Below, piece by piece: positions 5,530 to 14,711 of a DNA stretch of 64,000 nt. This DNA comes from Enterobacter phage EC152. The position numbers were made by a program, and so were the translations under genes. The first letter of the stretch is position 1; each line of letters starts with the position of its first letter. Under the pieces are notes generated by a model, which saw only the letters and a program-made list of their open reading frames with translations, was not told the DNA's origin and did not search any database. The DNA lies in sequence record PP681140.1; one strand, given 5' to 3'.

Positions 5530-5556
5530 CCCCGCTCTTGCGGGGCTTTTCTTTTT
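5530..5556 (+). terminator. rho-independent terminator closing the tRNA array (CCCCGC-TCTT-GCGGGG then CTTTTTCTTTTT)
   Basis: 6-bp GC stem with 4-nt loop followed by a U-rich tract. Confidence 0.7.
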
Positions 5557-5597
5557 CTGGTACACTCCAATGGTTAACTAAACCAAAGGAGAAAACC

Positions 5598-7022
5598 ATG
5601 CTTCATATCTACCCAAAAGAAGACTTCCAACGTGAATTCAACATCCTCAAAAGCCTGATCCCGAAAGGTGTGTATGAGATCCTTAAGCGCCTCGATGCTC
5701 GTGTTGCAGGTGGTACGCTGACATCACTTTTCTCTAACCGGGAAGTGAATGACCTTGATCTCTATTTCCCATCCTGGGAGAATCTTGAGGTTTTTCTGGC
5801 ATACATGACTGATCGTGGACTCTTGGTTGGGGACAGCGATCTTACCCCAACTTCAAACAACTGGGGCAACTCGAAGCGTTCATTCGTATACTTCCTTGAA
5901 CTTGACAAGCCGGGTAGCCATAAAGACTACGTGAATGCCTTGGTATGCGAAAGAAAAGAACGACCACCTACAGAGCTTTCAGCCAGCCAGCTTTCAAAGC
6001 TTTATTCTTTGCTTGAATCTCGTAATGGCAATGTTTTCAAGGCCATTCAAAAAGCCTCGGAAGATAACAACCCCGACACCATCTACAATCTGGGGATGAC
6101 TGATAAGAGCGTCATGTTCACCAATCAATCCTCTCCCGTTATGCAGGTGATCGCATTTGATGTTTTTGCTGATGCAGAGGCGATCTTTAACAAGTTCGAT
6201 TTCACGATCAATATGGGCTGTTTTAGCTTTGCAAGCGAGAAATGGGAGTTTGATAGTCGCTTCCTGAAACACTTGGCTCAGAAAGTTCTGGTGATTAACC
6301 CAGGCACTGATTACCCCATTATCAGTATGCTACGCTCTGATAAGTATCGCGCCCGTGGCTACACGATCTCTCGTCGAGAAACAATGAAGCTTGGTATTGC
6401 AGCGTCAGGACTTAAAATCGAGTCGTGGGAAGATGCCAAGGCACATTTGAGTGGGATGTATGGTACAAACGTTGAAGACTTATTCAATGAAACAAGACCA
6501 TTTTCATTTGATCTGTTATTTGATAAACTAGATTCAGCGGGGGATTATCTGATCGCCTCTATCGCAACTGAATCTGAAAAAGGACAGTTCAGCAGATATC
6601 GTGGTCTGAAACCAGAGAACATCTTTACTATGTATCAACGGTTACGTATCAACACCGGGCGTCCACATTTCTCTAAACTGTGGGGTGTCTGTCCGGCAGA
6701 GAACTTCTATTTGATGCAGGCCAACAATCCGCAACAGGCCGTTGGTCTTCTTGAGACAAAACCTGCTGATAAGCTCCTCAAGTACATGAACGTTTATATT
6801 GATGAAAAAGAGGCGTATGACGTTTACAAGTCGTGGGGAGAGAAAGGAAAGACAGGGAGATGGGGAGACAGATTATCAAAACCGGGGGCTGTGCTTCTGG
6901 AGGTCACTGTCCTTGACCCAACGAAAATCGCCTATGACGATGCACAGATTGACATTTTAGATGATGAAGAAACGCTTCTGAAAATAGAGCGGCTTATTGA
7001 ATCTAACGGGGATATTTCATGA
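5598..7022 (+). CDS. hypothetical protein (474 aa), no recognisable motif
   Basis: Start moved to ATG 5598 (MLHIYPKEDF...) with AAGGAGAAAACC upstream; the track ORF start at 5538 overlaps the terminator; stop overlaps the i-spanin start (ATGA). Confidence 0.6.
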   Translation: MLHIYPKEDFQREFNILKSLIPKGVYEILKRLDARVAGGTLTSLFSNREVNDLDLYFPSWENLEVFLAYMTDRGLLVGDSDLTPTSNNWGNSKRSFVYFLELDKPGSHKDYVNALVCERKERPPTELSASQLSKLYSLLESRNGNVFKAIQKASEDNNPDTIYNLGMTDKSVMFTNQSSPVMQVIAFDVFADAEAIFNKFDFTINMGCFSFASEKWEFDSRFLKHLAQKVLVINPGTDYPIISMLRSDKYRARGYTISRRETMKLGIAASGLKIESWEDAKAHLSGMYGTNVEDLFNETRPFSFDLLFDKLDSAGDYLIASIATESEKGQFSRYRGLKPENIFTMYQRLRINTGRPHFSKLWGVCPAENFYLMQANNPQQAVGLLETKPADKLLKYMNVYIDEKEAYDVYKSWGEKGKTGRWGDRLSKPGAVLLEVTVLDPTKIAYDDAQIDILDDEETLLKIERLIESNGDIS

Positions 7023-7423
7023 CAGACATATTGAACATGGTGATTTCCTTTATCAGGAATAATACCAAACTGGTAGTTGCAGCATTCTTAGCCATTGCCC
7101 TGTTGTCCGGGGCAGTTTACACTAAGCACTGGTACAACGACCAGATTACAGCATCTTATAATCGTGGTGTGAAGGATACTGATGATAAGTGGGTCGCTAA
7201 ACAACAAGAGAACAAGAATGCTAACCATGACTACAAAGACAATCAGCAGAAAGCTTCTGATGAGTTGAGTAAACAACTTGAAGAAGAGAAGGCGAAGAAT
7301 GCGAAGTTGCAGTCAGAGCTTGACAAGAAACAGACCGCCTATCAGAACTCCGATAATGGTAAGAAGAAGGGTCTGGACAATGACTTTGTGGACATCTACA
7401 ACGAGAGCCTGGGGTTGAAATGA
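7019..7423 (+). CDS. i-spanin-like protein (Rz-type; N-terminal TMD plus Gln/Lys-rich coiled coil), 134 aa
   Basis: Hydrophobic segment LVVAAFLAIALLSGAVYT near the N-terminus, then a charged helical region; stop overlaps the next ORF start. Confidence 0.55.
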   Translation: MTDILNMVISFIRNNTKLVVAAFLAIALLSGAVYTKHWYNDQITASYNRGVKDTDDKWVAKQQENKNANHDYKDNQQKASDELSKQLEEEKAKNAKLQSELDKKQTAYQNSDNGKKKGLDNDFVDIYNESLGLK

Positions 7424-7710
7424 GAAAGACAATCATAGCCGTATTAGTCGCTACAGCGCTTGTTAGCGGGTGCAGGAATCCTCCTGAAGTCGTACCTGTT
7501 GTGCAAAAGTTTAACCCGGCAGAGGTGCTAGCAAAGCCCCCTGCTGGGGCAATGATTGACCCTGTTGAACCAACACCTCTTCCATATGGTGCAGACAACT
7601 CAGTCAACAGCGCAATCATGAAGAAGAATAACATTGACGGAGCCAATGACCGTAGCAAACTGCGCATACTCCAGCAATATATCCGAAACATATTTGATCC
7701 TAAAAAGTAA
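7420..7710 (+). CDS. o-spanin-like outer-membrane lipoprotein (Rz1-type), 96 aa
   Basis: Signal peptide with lipobox LVSG|C, Pro-rich mature part; start overlaps the i-spanin stop (ATGA), so an unembedded separate spanin pair. Confidence 0.55.
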   Translation: MRKTIIAVLVATALVSGCRNPPEVVPVVQKFNPAEVLAKPPAGAMIDPVEPTPLPYGADNSVNSAIMKKNNIDGANDRSKLRILQQYIRNIFDPKK

Positions 7711-7718
7711 TTGACAAG

Positions 7719-7749
7719 GCCCTTATTTTATGATAAGGGCTTTATTTTT
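7719..7749 (+). terminator. rho-independent terminator (GCCCTTAT-TTTATG-ATAAGGGC then TTTATTTTT)
   Basis: 8-bp stem, 6-nt loop, U tract; sits between the spanins and the terminase. Confidence 0.6.
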
Positions 7750-7808
7750 ATCAGGTTTCATGGTAAACTACCTCCTATAGGCCAATTAAGGCACAAAATG
7801 GAGGTCTT

Positions 7809-9308
7809 TTGAGTAAAACATTCGGACCTGCCAGCCCCAAGCAGAAAATGATCCTGGAAAACAACGCACAAATCCTGATCATTGGGGGTGCGGCGGGGTC
7901 AGGTAAATCTTACCTGCTTCAATTGATGCCCCTCAACATTATCGACGACCCAAGAACGAACTGCATTATGTTCCGTAGAAACACCCCTCAGTTGAAGGGT
8001 GGTGGTGGTCTGTATGATACTGCACGAGGCATCTACACACAGCTTGCTCCTGAATGGAAGCCACGCTTCAGGGAGAAAGACCTTGAGGCAATTTTCCCTT
8101 CCGGTGCGAAAGTTAAGTGGTCCCACATGGAATATGAGAAAGATAAGTATTCTCACCAGGGTCTGCAATATACCTTTGTCGGGTTTGACGAAGGAACACA
8201 GTTTGAATGGTCTCAGATCGAATACCTTATGTCTCGTCTTCGTTCTGAATCCAAATATCCAAGCCGTATGGTTATCTCCTGTAACCCCGACCCAGACCAC
8301 AAGATCAAGGAGTTGATCGAATGGTATCTTGATGATGATGGGTTCCCGATCCCTGAGCGTGACGGTGTTATCCGTTGGTTCATTCGCCGTGATGGTGAAT
8401 TCATTTGGGGGGAAACTGCGGAGGAGTTGATCGAGAAATATTGGGACGGTGTGGATGTTCGTAAGAAGCCAAAGCCCCTGTCCTTCTCATTCATCAGTGC
8501 GACTATCTTTGATAACCCACCGATGCTTGACAATAACCCGGATTACCTTGCTTTCCTTGAAGGTCTACCAGAGATCGAAAAGGCACAGCTACTCCACGGT
8601 AACTGGAAGGTTCGCCCTGAAGGTGCAAACTATTTCCAGCGATCCTATTTGAAAGAAGTTCCTTGCCTTCCTTTGGGTGTGACATCAGTCCGTCCTTATG
8701 ACAAGGCAGGCACAGAGAGAACCTCTGGCAACAGATATCCCGACTTTACTGCATCTGTTAAGGTGAGTAAAGATAGTGACGGTTTCTACTACCTGTCTGG
8801 TGACTATTGCCCTGAGTTCGTTGATGACGGAATGTATTCAACGCAAACACAAGGTCGTTTCTGTAAAAAAGCTGGTGAACGAGATGTTATCATTAAGAAG
8901 CAAGCCCACTTTGATGGTGATGACGTTGTTATCATTTTCAACGTTGACCCAGGTCAGGCTGGCATTAGTGAGTTCACAACAAGTTCCCGTGAGCTTCTTG
9001 CTGAAGGATTTATCGTAGAGCGAGATCCTACACCGGGTAACAAATCAAAACTTACACGCTTCACCCCATTTGCAAAACTCGCTCAGTCTGGCATGGTGCG
9101 TATCGTAAGAGATAGCTTTGACGCTAAAACTTATGAAGCCCTTATGACTGAACTTGAGAAGTTCAATGGTGAACGAAGCACAACAACCCGTAAGGATGAC
9201 TGGGCTGACTGCGTGGCCTCTGGTATCAACTACCTTGAGAAGAACGAGATCATCAGACCTGTCGTAATCCCGAAAATTGTTGCTCCGACCTTGTATAAAA
9301 GACTTTAA
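7809..9308 (+). CDS. terminase large subunit
   Basis: N-terminal Walker A ILIIGGAAGSGKSY, Walker B-like VGFDEG, C-terminal nuclease-like acidic residues; TTG start with GGAGG 4 nt upstream; first gene of the head module. Confidence 0.85.
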   Translation: MSKTFGPASPKQKMILENNAQILIIGGAAGSGKSYLLQLMPLNIIDDPRTNCIMFRRNTPQLKGGGGLYDTARGIYTQLAPEWKPRFREKDLEAIFPSGAKVKWSHMEYEKDKYSHQGLQYTFVGFDEGTQFEWSQIEYLMSRLRSESKYPSRMVISCNPDPDHKIKELIEWYLDDDGFPIPERDGVIRWFIRRDGEFIWGETAEELIEKYWDGVDVRKKPKPLSFSFISATIFDNPPMLDNNPDYLAFLEGLPEIEKAQLLHGNWKVRPEGANYFQRSYLKEVPCLPLGVTSVRPYDKAGTERTSGNRYPDFTASVKVSKDSDGFYYLSGDYCPEFVDDGMYSTQTQGRFCKKAGERDVIIKKQAHFDGDDVVIIFNVDPGQAGISEFTTSSRELLAEGFIVERDPTPGNKSKLTRFTPFAKLAQSGMVRIVRDSFDAKTYEALMTELEKFNGERSTTTRKDDWADCVASGINYLEKNEIIRPVVIPKIVAPTLYKRL

Positions 9309-9323
9309 CAGAGGGGATAACTC

Positions 9324-10874
9324 GTGTCAACAAGATTTGCACAACCAGGGGCGGTTGTAAAGGCAGGGAATGAAAACCTTGCCGTTAGTCGCCTCCGTAC
9401 CGGGGAATTAGGCTCTGGTGCTCTCTCCCAGCTTCGTGCAGAATCAGAAGTAATGAAGGTAGAAGAGCTACGCTGGCCTTGCTTCCTGGCAACCGTAGAG
9501 GCAATGAAGCAGGATCATACTGTTTCTACGGCGCTTGATACGAAATACGTATTCGTAACCAAAGCATTCAACGATTTTAAAATCCTGTTCAATCGTGATA
9601 GCAAAGAGTCTAAAGATGCCGCTGAGTTTGTAGAGTATGCCCTGAAGAATCTTGCTAACCAGCAAACTCTTCGAGATGTTGCTCGCAGTGCTGCAACTTT
9701 CAACGAATATGGATTCTCCATCTTTGAGAAAGTATACCGTACAGAATCAACTCCGTCAAAGTACGCTGGCTACATCACAATTGATAAGATTGCTTTCCGT
9801 CCACAGTCAAGCCTGTCCCGTTCTAAACCTTGGGTTTTTGACGATGACGGACGAACACTGAAGGGCATCTATCAAAGCAAAATGGCTTTTGCAAACTTCC
9901 AGAACGGCCTGACTCAGATCTCTTCTGCGATGAGCTTGGTAACCAACCTTACCTCTTCCGCTGATGAAGTCTTTATCCCGATCAACAAACTGATGGTGAT
10001 GAGTCTTGGTGGAACAGAATCCAACCCGGCAGGTGTTTCTCCTTTGGTTGGGTGTTATCGTGCTTTCCGTGAGAAGATCCTGATTGAGAATCTTGAGACC
10101 ATTGGTGCTTCCAAAGACCTCGGTGGTATCATCGAACTTAAGATCCCTTCTCAGATCCTGAACAAAGCAGCAATTGACCCAAAATCCCCAGAGGCCGAAA
10201 TGGTTCAGGGGTTAATGGCAGATGCTGCAAACGCACACGCAGGCGAGCAGGCTTACTTCATCCTCCCTTCTGATATGAACGCTCAGGGTGGTGAACAGTA
10301 CAAAATGGCCCTGAAGGGCATTGACGGTGCTGGTAAGCAGTATAGCACTCAAGAACTGGTGAACTCACGTAAGAAAGCGATCCTTGACCGCTTTGGTGCG
10401 GGATTTATCAACCTTGGTAATGATGGTCAGGGTTCTTACAACCTGTCAGAATCTAAACAGTCTATCCACGGGCATTTTGTTCAGCGTGATATCGACATCA
10501 TCGTTGAAGCATTCAACAAGAATCTGATCCCTCAGCTTCTGGCACTGAATGACATCCGTCTTTCTGACGAAGACATGCCAAAACTGAAGCCTGGTCTGAT
10601 TCAGGAAGTGGACATGGAGGGCTTCTCCAAGTTTGTTCAGCGTATTGGTGCTGTTGGATACTTACCTAAAACTCCTACGGTTATCAACAAGATCCTTGAA
10701 GTTGGTGGCTTTGATGAGGAAATTCCAGAAGACATGTCTACGGACGAGCTTCTGAAACTCCTTGGTCAGGATACCAGTCGCTCCGGTGATGGTATGACAG
10801 CAGGCTCTAGCGGTAATGGAACAGGAAAAATCTCCTCAACAAGAGACAATTCTGTATCCAATATGGATAATTAA
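9324..10874 (+). CDS. portal protein (516 aa)
   Basis: Position immediately after TerL and typical size; GTG start with GAGGGG RBS; Gly/Ser-rich C-terminus. Confidence 0.65.
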   Translation: MSTRFAQPGAVVKAGNENLAVSRLRTGELGSGALSQLRAESEVMKVEELRWPCFLATVEAMKQDHTVSTALDTKYVFVTKAFNDFKILFNRDSKESKDAAEFVEYALKNLANQQTLRDVARSAATFNEYGFSIFEKVYRTESTPSKYAGYITIDKIAFRPQSSLSRSKPWVFDDDGRTLKGIYQSKMAFANFQNGLTQISSAMSLVTNLTSSADEVFIPINKLMVMSLGGTESNPAGVSPLVGCYRAFREKILIENLETIGASKDLGGIIELKIPSQILNKAAIDPKSPEAEMVQGLMADAANAHAGEQAYFILPSDMNAQGGEQYKMALKGIDGAGKQYSTQELVNSRKKAILDRFGAGFINLGNDGQGSYNLSESKQSIHGHFVQRDIDIIVEAFNKNLIPQLLALNDIRLSDEDMPKLKPGLIQEVDMEGFSKFVQRIGAVGYLPKTPTVINKILEVGGFDEEIPEDMSTDELLKLLGQDTSRSGDGMTAGSSGNGTGKISSTRDNSVSNMDN

Positions 10875-10940
10875 TTTCAACTTACTGAAATAGCTTGCAA
10901 AAGAAAATGAACGGTGTTAAAATAACTATCAACGGGGAAA

Positions 10941-11570
10941 ATGATGAAATACACAAGTATTGCTGACCTTCCTGCATCGGTATCTGATCTGTCTCTCGTT
11001 CAGAAGAGCAAGGTACTGAATATTGCAAATGGCCTGATTGCTTCAGGCCAATCTCCTGAAGCCGCTATCGAGAAGGCTTCCAAAGACGTTCTAAACGTGA
11101 ACGTTAAAACTGAAATCAACAAGTCAACCTCTGTTGTAAGCGTCCAGAAAGATGCTGGAGAGCAGATGATTTCCTACGAAGTCATTTACGAACCAGACGC
11201 TAAAGATGCTCACGGCGAATGGATGTCTGCTGAGACAATTGCCAAAGCCAAGCAGTCTTTTGATAAGGCACACGAAGCTGGCATTGTTAAAGAGAACCTC
11301 TTCCACATGATTGAGACTGACTCTTTCACAATCGAGAAGACTTGGATTCAGGAAGAATTTGATGTGGTGGTTATCGGGACCGAGCAGGTAATTAAAGCTG
11401 GCACCTGGGTAGCTAAAGTTAAATATAACGACCCTGTTCTCTGGGACCTCAAAAAGTCTAACGTTGTGGGTGGTCTAAGCATTCAATGCTCCGGCTCCAT
11501 CAACAAAGAAACAGGTGAGATCAGCAACGTTGATTTCGGTGTCGAATATGTTGAGGAAGATGGCGAATGA
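10941..11570 (+). CDS. head morphogenesis protein, possible prohead protease (209 aa)
   Basis: Position between portal and scaffold; stop overlaps the scaffold start; no catalytic motif recognised by eye. Confidence 0.35.
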   Translation: MMKYTSIADLPASVSDLSLVQKSKVLNIANGLIASGQSPEAAIEKASKDVLNVNVKTEINKSTSVVSVQKDAGEQMISYEVIYEPDAKDAHGEWMSAETIAKAKQSFDKAHEAGIVKENLFHMIETDSFTIEKTWIQEEFDVVVIGTEQVIKAGTWVAKVKYNDPVLWDLKKSNVVGGLSIQCSGSINKETGEISNVDFGVEYVEEDGE

Positions 11571-12568
11571 CAATTGCTAAAGCCAAAGCCATTAAAGAGA
11601 AGGGTATCGCACTCTGCCACGAGAGTCAAGGATTTTCTGCAAACCTGCGACCAGTGTCACTTCTGATGAAGTCTGACCTGCAACCAGAACAGATTACCGA
11701 AGACGTTATCAAGGCATTGCAGCAAGTTACTGTCTCTATGAGCTTTGAAGAATTCCTGCGTAGATTCTTCTATATGTGGAGTGATGACGCGGAACTGCTT
11801 ACCAAGCTGCTGGGCTTTGAAACTGAACTTGAAAACGAAGCTGCTGAAAATCCTGACGATGAATGGGTCCAAGCATGGAACGCTCAACACCAGGAATGGC
11901 TTGAAGAACGTATGGAGTCCATCTCCATTGCTAAAGCTGCAAACAGCGGTGAACAAATCGACCTTGTTAAACAGTACGAACTGCTGAAGCTTCAGCAACT
12001 GTTTGAAAAAGGCGTAAGCGAATTAGGTCTGACCTTCACAGAAGGTGAGTCCAAAGATCTCCAGGTAACTGGGGTCGTCAAAGAAGCAGGTACTGACCCT
12101 GTAATTGATACATCCAAAGAAAATAAGGAGACCTCAGTGTCCGATAATGTTACTGATGTAACCAAGTCTCAAGAATACCTTGACCTGGTTAAGCAACTGG
12201 AAGATGCCAAAGCGAAAGCTGCTGCTGCTGATGAAATTATCAAGGCTGCGGAGCAAGTAGAAAAGAATGCTGCTCTGACTAAAGCGAAAGGTTTCACCTT
12301 TGCTGCTGAAGCTGACCACGCATCACTGGCTGATTTCATCATCGAAAAAGCTAATGCCCCGGTAGTAGCTCTTCTGGAAAAAGCTCAGGCTCGTATTAGC
12401 GAACTGGAAACAGAAGTTGAAACCGTGAAGAAAGAATTCAGCACTGCTGAACACGGATCTGGTGCTGAAGCGCCTGTTGATGACATCAACAAGTCTGCTG
12501 AAGACATTCTGAAAGCAAACATCGAGAAAGCGAAAGCTCGCGCTCGTGAAGCTGCACAAAACGCCTAA
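11567..12568 (+). CDS. scaffolding protein (333 aa, acidic, Ala/Glu/Lys coiled coil)
   Basis: Low-complexity helical, acidic protein immediately upstream of the decoration and capsid genes. Confidence 0.55.
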   Translation: MTIAKAKAIKEKGIALCHESQGFSANLRPVSLLMKSDLQPEQITEDVIKALQQVTVSMSFEEFLRRFFYMWSDDAELLTKLLGFETELENEAAENPDDEWVQAWNAQHQEWLEERMESISIAKAANSGEQIDLVKQYELLKLQQLFEKGVSELGLTFTEGESKDLQVTGVVKEAGTDPVIDTSKENKETSVSDNVTDVTKSQEYLDLVKQLEDAKAKAAAADEIIKAAEQVEKNAALTKAKGFTFAAEADHASLADFIIEKANAPVVALLEKAQARISELETEVETVKKEFSTAEHGSGAEAPVDDINKSAEDILKANIEKAKARAREAAQNA

Positions 12569-12588
12569 TATCGAGGAGATTTAAATAA

Positions 12589-13008
12589 ATGGCTAATCCA
12601 ATCCAAGGGTACTACTCTGACATCGTTCTGGGTAAAGTGGACTCTTCTGACCAGGGCTACAGCTTCCTGGAAATGGAAATCACCTACAGCGCTGGCCTGA
12701 AGGCTGGTATGATCGTTAAGGCAGACGGTACTCTTGCCGCTACTGCTGACGCTGCAAGCGCTTTTGGTGTGATCACTGACCGTGACCTCGTTCCTGCGTA
12801 TGACGCTCCGCGTCCTTTCGTTGTAGGACAGAAGTATAACTTCGTCGTGGCTGTTCGTGGTCTGACCCTGAACAAATTCAAACTGTTTTTCGCTGACGGT
12901 ACTACTGCAATCAACGCTGCCGCTATCGCTGCTCTTGAGGCCAAAGGTCTGAAGATCACTGATAAATATTACGACGGTTCCGTTGAGATCCCAGTAACGT
13001 CTATCTAA
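12589..13008 (+). CDS. head decoration / capsid accessory protein (139 aa)
   Basis: Small Ala/Gly-rich protein between scaffold and major capsid with a strong RBS. Confidence 0.4.
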   Translation: MANPIQGYYSDIVLGKVDSSDQGYSFLEMEITYSAGLKAGMIVKADGTLAATADAASAFGVITDRDLVPAYDAPRPFVVGQKYNFVVAVRGLTLNKFKLFFADGTTAINAAAIAALEAKGLKITDKYYDGSVEIPVTSI

Positions 13009-13029
13009 TCTACACCAAGGAGAATAACA

Positions 13030-14043
13030 ATGGCAGTAGTACGCACTAATGACTTCCAGATCGTCGATCTCGGCGCTACTCTGGAAATCGTACCACGTCA
13101 GTACCGTCTGATCACCAACATGGACCTGTTCACAGCGTACCACGGTGTAACGACTGTCGCTCAGATCGAACGTGTTGATGAAGTTGTAACTGACTTCCCG
13201 GCTCGTCGTCGTCAGGGTGAACGTAACTACGTTGGTACTGAAAAGGCCCAACTGAAAAACTTCAACATTCCGTTCTTCCCACTGGATCGTCAGATCACAG
13301 CGGCAGACGTGCAGAACTTCCGTAAGTATTTTACTGCTGACGCTCCGAAGTCTGTAGAAGATGTTGTTGCTCGTGTGGTTCGTCGTATCCGCATCTCTCA
13401 TGAACAACTGAAAGAAAAAGCAATGCTTCAGGCGATCATGGGTAAATCCTGGGCACCACAGGACCCAACCGCTCAGTACAACTACTTCACCGAGTGGGGT
13501 GTTACTCAGCACACAGCTAACATCGACTTCACCGATGTAGCAACCGATCCAACTGACATCATCGAAGCTGACGCTCGTGCGTACATCATCGACAATGCTG
13601 GTGACAACGGTAACAACTACGGTATCGTAGTTCTGGCTTCTCGTAAGTGGTTCTCAGCGCTGATCGCTCACCCGCTGGTAATGAACGCTTACCAATACTA
13701 CTCTTCTACTCAAGAGCCGCTTCGTCGTCGTCTGGGTCAAGGGCAGGAAAACGCCAACAACCGTATGTTTGTTCACAAGAACGTAACTTACATCGAGGAT
13801 ATCTCCAACTACATCCCTGATGGTGAAGCTTACATTCTGCCGCAAGGAATCGACGACATGTTCCAGATTCACTATGCACCAGCAGATGACGTTCGTGAAG
13901 CGAACACTCCTGCACAAGAACTGTACCTGTGGTACAAATCTTCTGCATACCTGCGTGAAGAAAAGGTTGAGTCCGAAACTTCCTTCCTGACTGTTAACAC
14001 CCGTCCGGAACTGGTTGTTCGCTCTACTGGTACTTTCGCATAA
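13030..14043 (+). CDS. major capsid protein (337 aa)
   Basis: Canonical position, strong RBS AAGGAGAATAACA, followed by a strong intrinsic terminator as expected for a highly expressed late gene. Confidence 0.7.
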   Translation: MAVVRTNDFQIVDLGATLEIVPRQYRLITNMDLFTAYHGVTTVAQIERVDEVVTDFPARRRQGERNYVGTEKAQLKNFNIPFFPLDRQITAADVQNFRKYFTADAPKSVEDVVARVVRRIRISHEQLKEKAMLQAIMGKSWAPQDPTAQYNYFTEWGVTQHTANIDFTDVATDPTDIIEADARAYIIDNAGDNGNNYGIVVLASRKWFSALIAHPLVMNAYQYYSSTQEPLRRRLGQGQENANNRMFVHKNVTYIEDISNYIPDGEAYILPQGIDDMFQIHYAPADDVREANTPAQELYLWYKSSAYLREEKVESETSFLTVNTRPELVVRSTGTFA

Positions 14044-14067
14044 GATAGCGTAACTGCTACCTCTAAG

Positions 14068-14107
14068 AGGGGGAGGTGATTATTCACCTCTCCCTTTTTC
14101 TTTTTTC
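14068..14107 (+). terminator. rho-independent terminator after the capsid gene (AGGGGGAGGTG-ATTATT-CACCTCTCCCT then T13)
   Basis: 11-bp stem with one G-U, long U tract. Confidence 0.8.
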
Positions 14108-14177
14108 GTCCCCTTAATAATAGCCACTTCATCACTGGTGTCAAGTGGTTTTTACTAAGGTAACCAATGGAGATTTT

Positions 14178-14702
14178 ATGGCTAATCAAAACTATCGTAT
14201 TTTCCCGAACAAAGTAGAACTGTTCAAATTCTTCGGCACTTATGCTCCTGAACTGAATGTTGGTGTTTCCGCACGTCTTCCACTGAACGGATTCTGTGTT
14301 GGAAAAGAGCACAAGGCTTTCCGCAACTCCGTTGACTTCTTCAAGGCTCTTGCAGAGATCTCTGGTCTGGATGTAGATACTGAACATTCAACACTGCGTA
14401 TGGGTACGTACATCGTATTTTTCAACAGCGCTCTTCCAAACCCTAACCGTCGCGGTAAGGCAGTTGAAGCTACTGTGGCTCCGAAGGTTGATGCTCCGGT
14501 AGTCGAGGTTAAATCTGCAAGTTATGAAGCAATTCTGACAGAAGCAGAAGCCCTCAATGATGAAGCTGACAAGAAAGGTAGCAAAGATAAACTTGCTGAC
14601 CTGGCAGCAACCAAAGGCATCACCCTTGCGAAAAACAAATCTTTCGAAAACATGATGGCTGACTTCAAGGCTGCTCTTGAAGAACTAGAGCCTGCAAAAT
14701 AA
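14178..14702 (+). CDS. head-associated protein (174 aa), Ala/Lys-rich C-terminus
   Basis: ATG 14178 (MANQNYR...) with GGAG upstream, in frame with track ORF 14145..14702. Confidence 0.5.
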   Translation: MANQNYRIFPNKVELFKFFGTYAPELNVGVSARLPLNGFCVGKEHKAFRNSVDFFKALAEISGLDVDTEHSTLRMGTYIVFFNSALPNPNRRGKAVEATVAPKVDAPVVEVKSASYEAILTEAEALNDEADKKGSKDKLADLAATKGITLAKNKSFENMMADFKAALEELEPAK

Positions 14703-14711
14703 GGGGTAAAA

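Noticed and set aside
5268-5581. ORFs overlapping tRNA-Phe/CAT and the terminator
   Set aside because: Overlap tRNA genes and an intrinsic terminator; no RBS.
5598-7022. 474-aa protein as endolysin or small terminase
   Set aside because: No lysozyme, amidase or peptidase catalytic motifs, and too large and non-helical for a small terminase; left as hypothetical.
7221-7691. Minus-strand 156-aa ORF
   Set aside because: Antisense to the spanin pair, which has clear TMD/lipobox features on the plus strand.
10941-11570. Confident prohead protease call
   Set aside because: Only positional evidence; no Ser/His catalytic motif recognisable by eye, so kept at low confidence.
12565-13512. Minus-strand 315-aa ORF
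   Set aside because: Antisense to the decoration and major capsid genes in a block where everything else is plus-strand and well supported.
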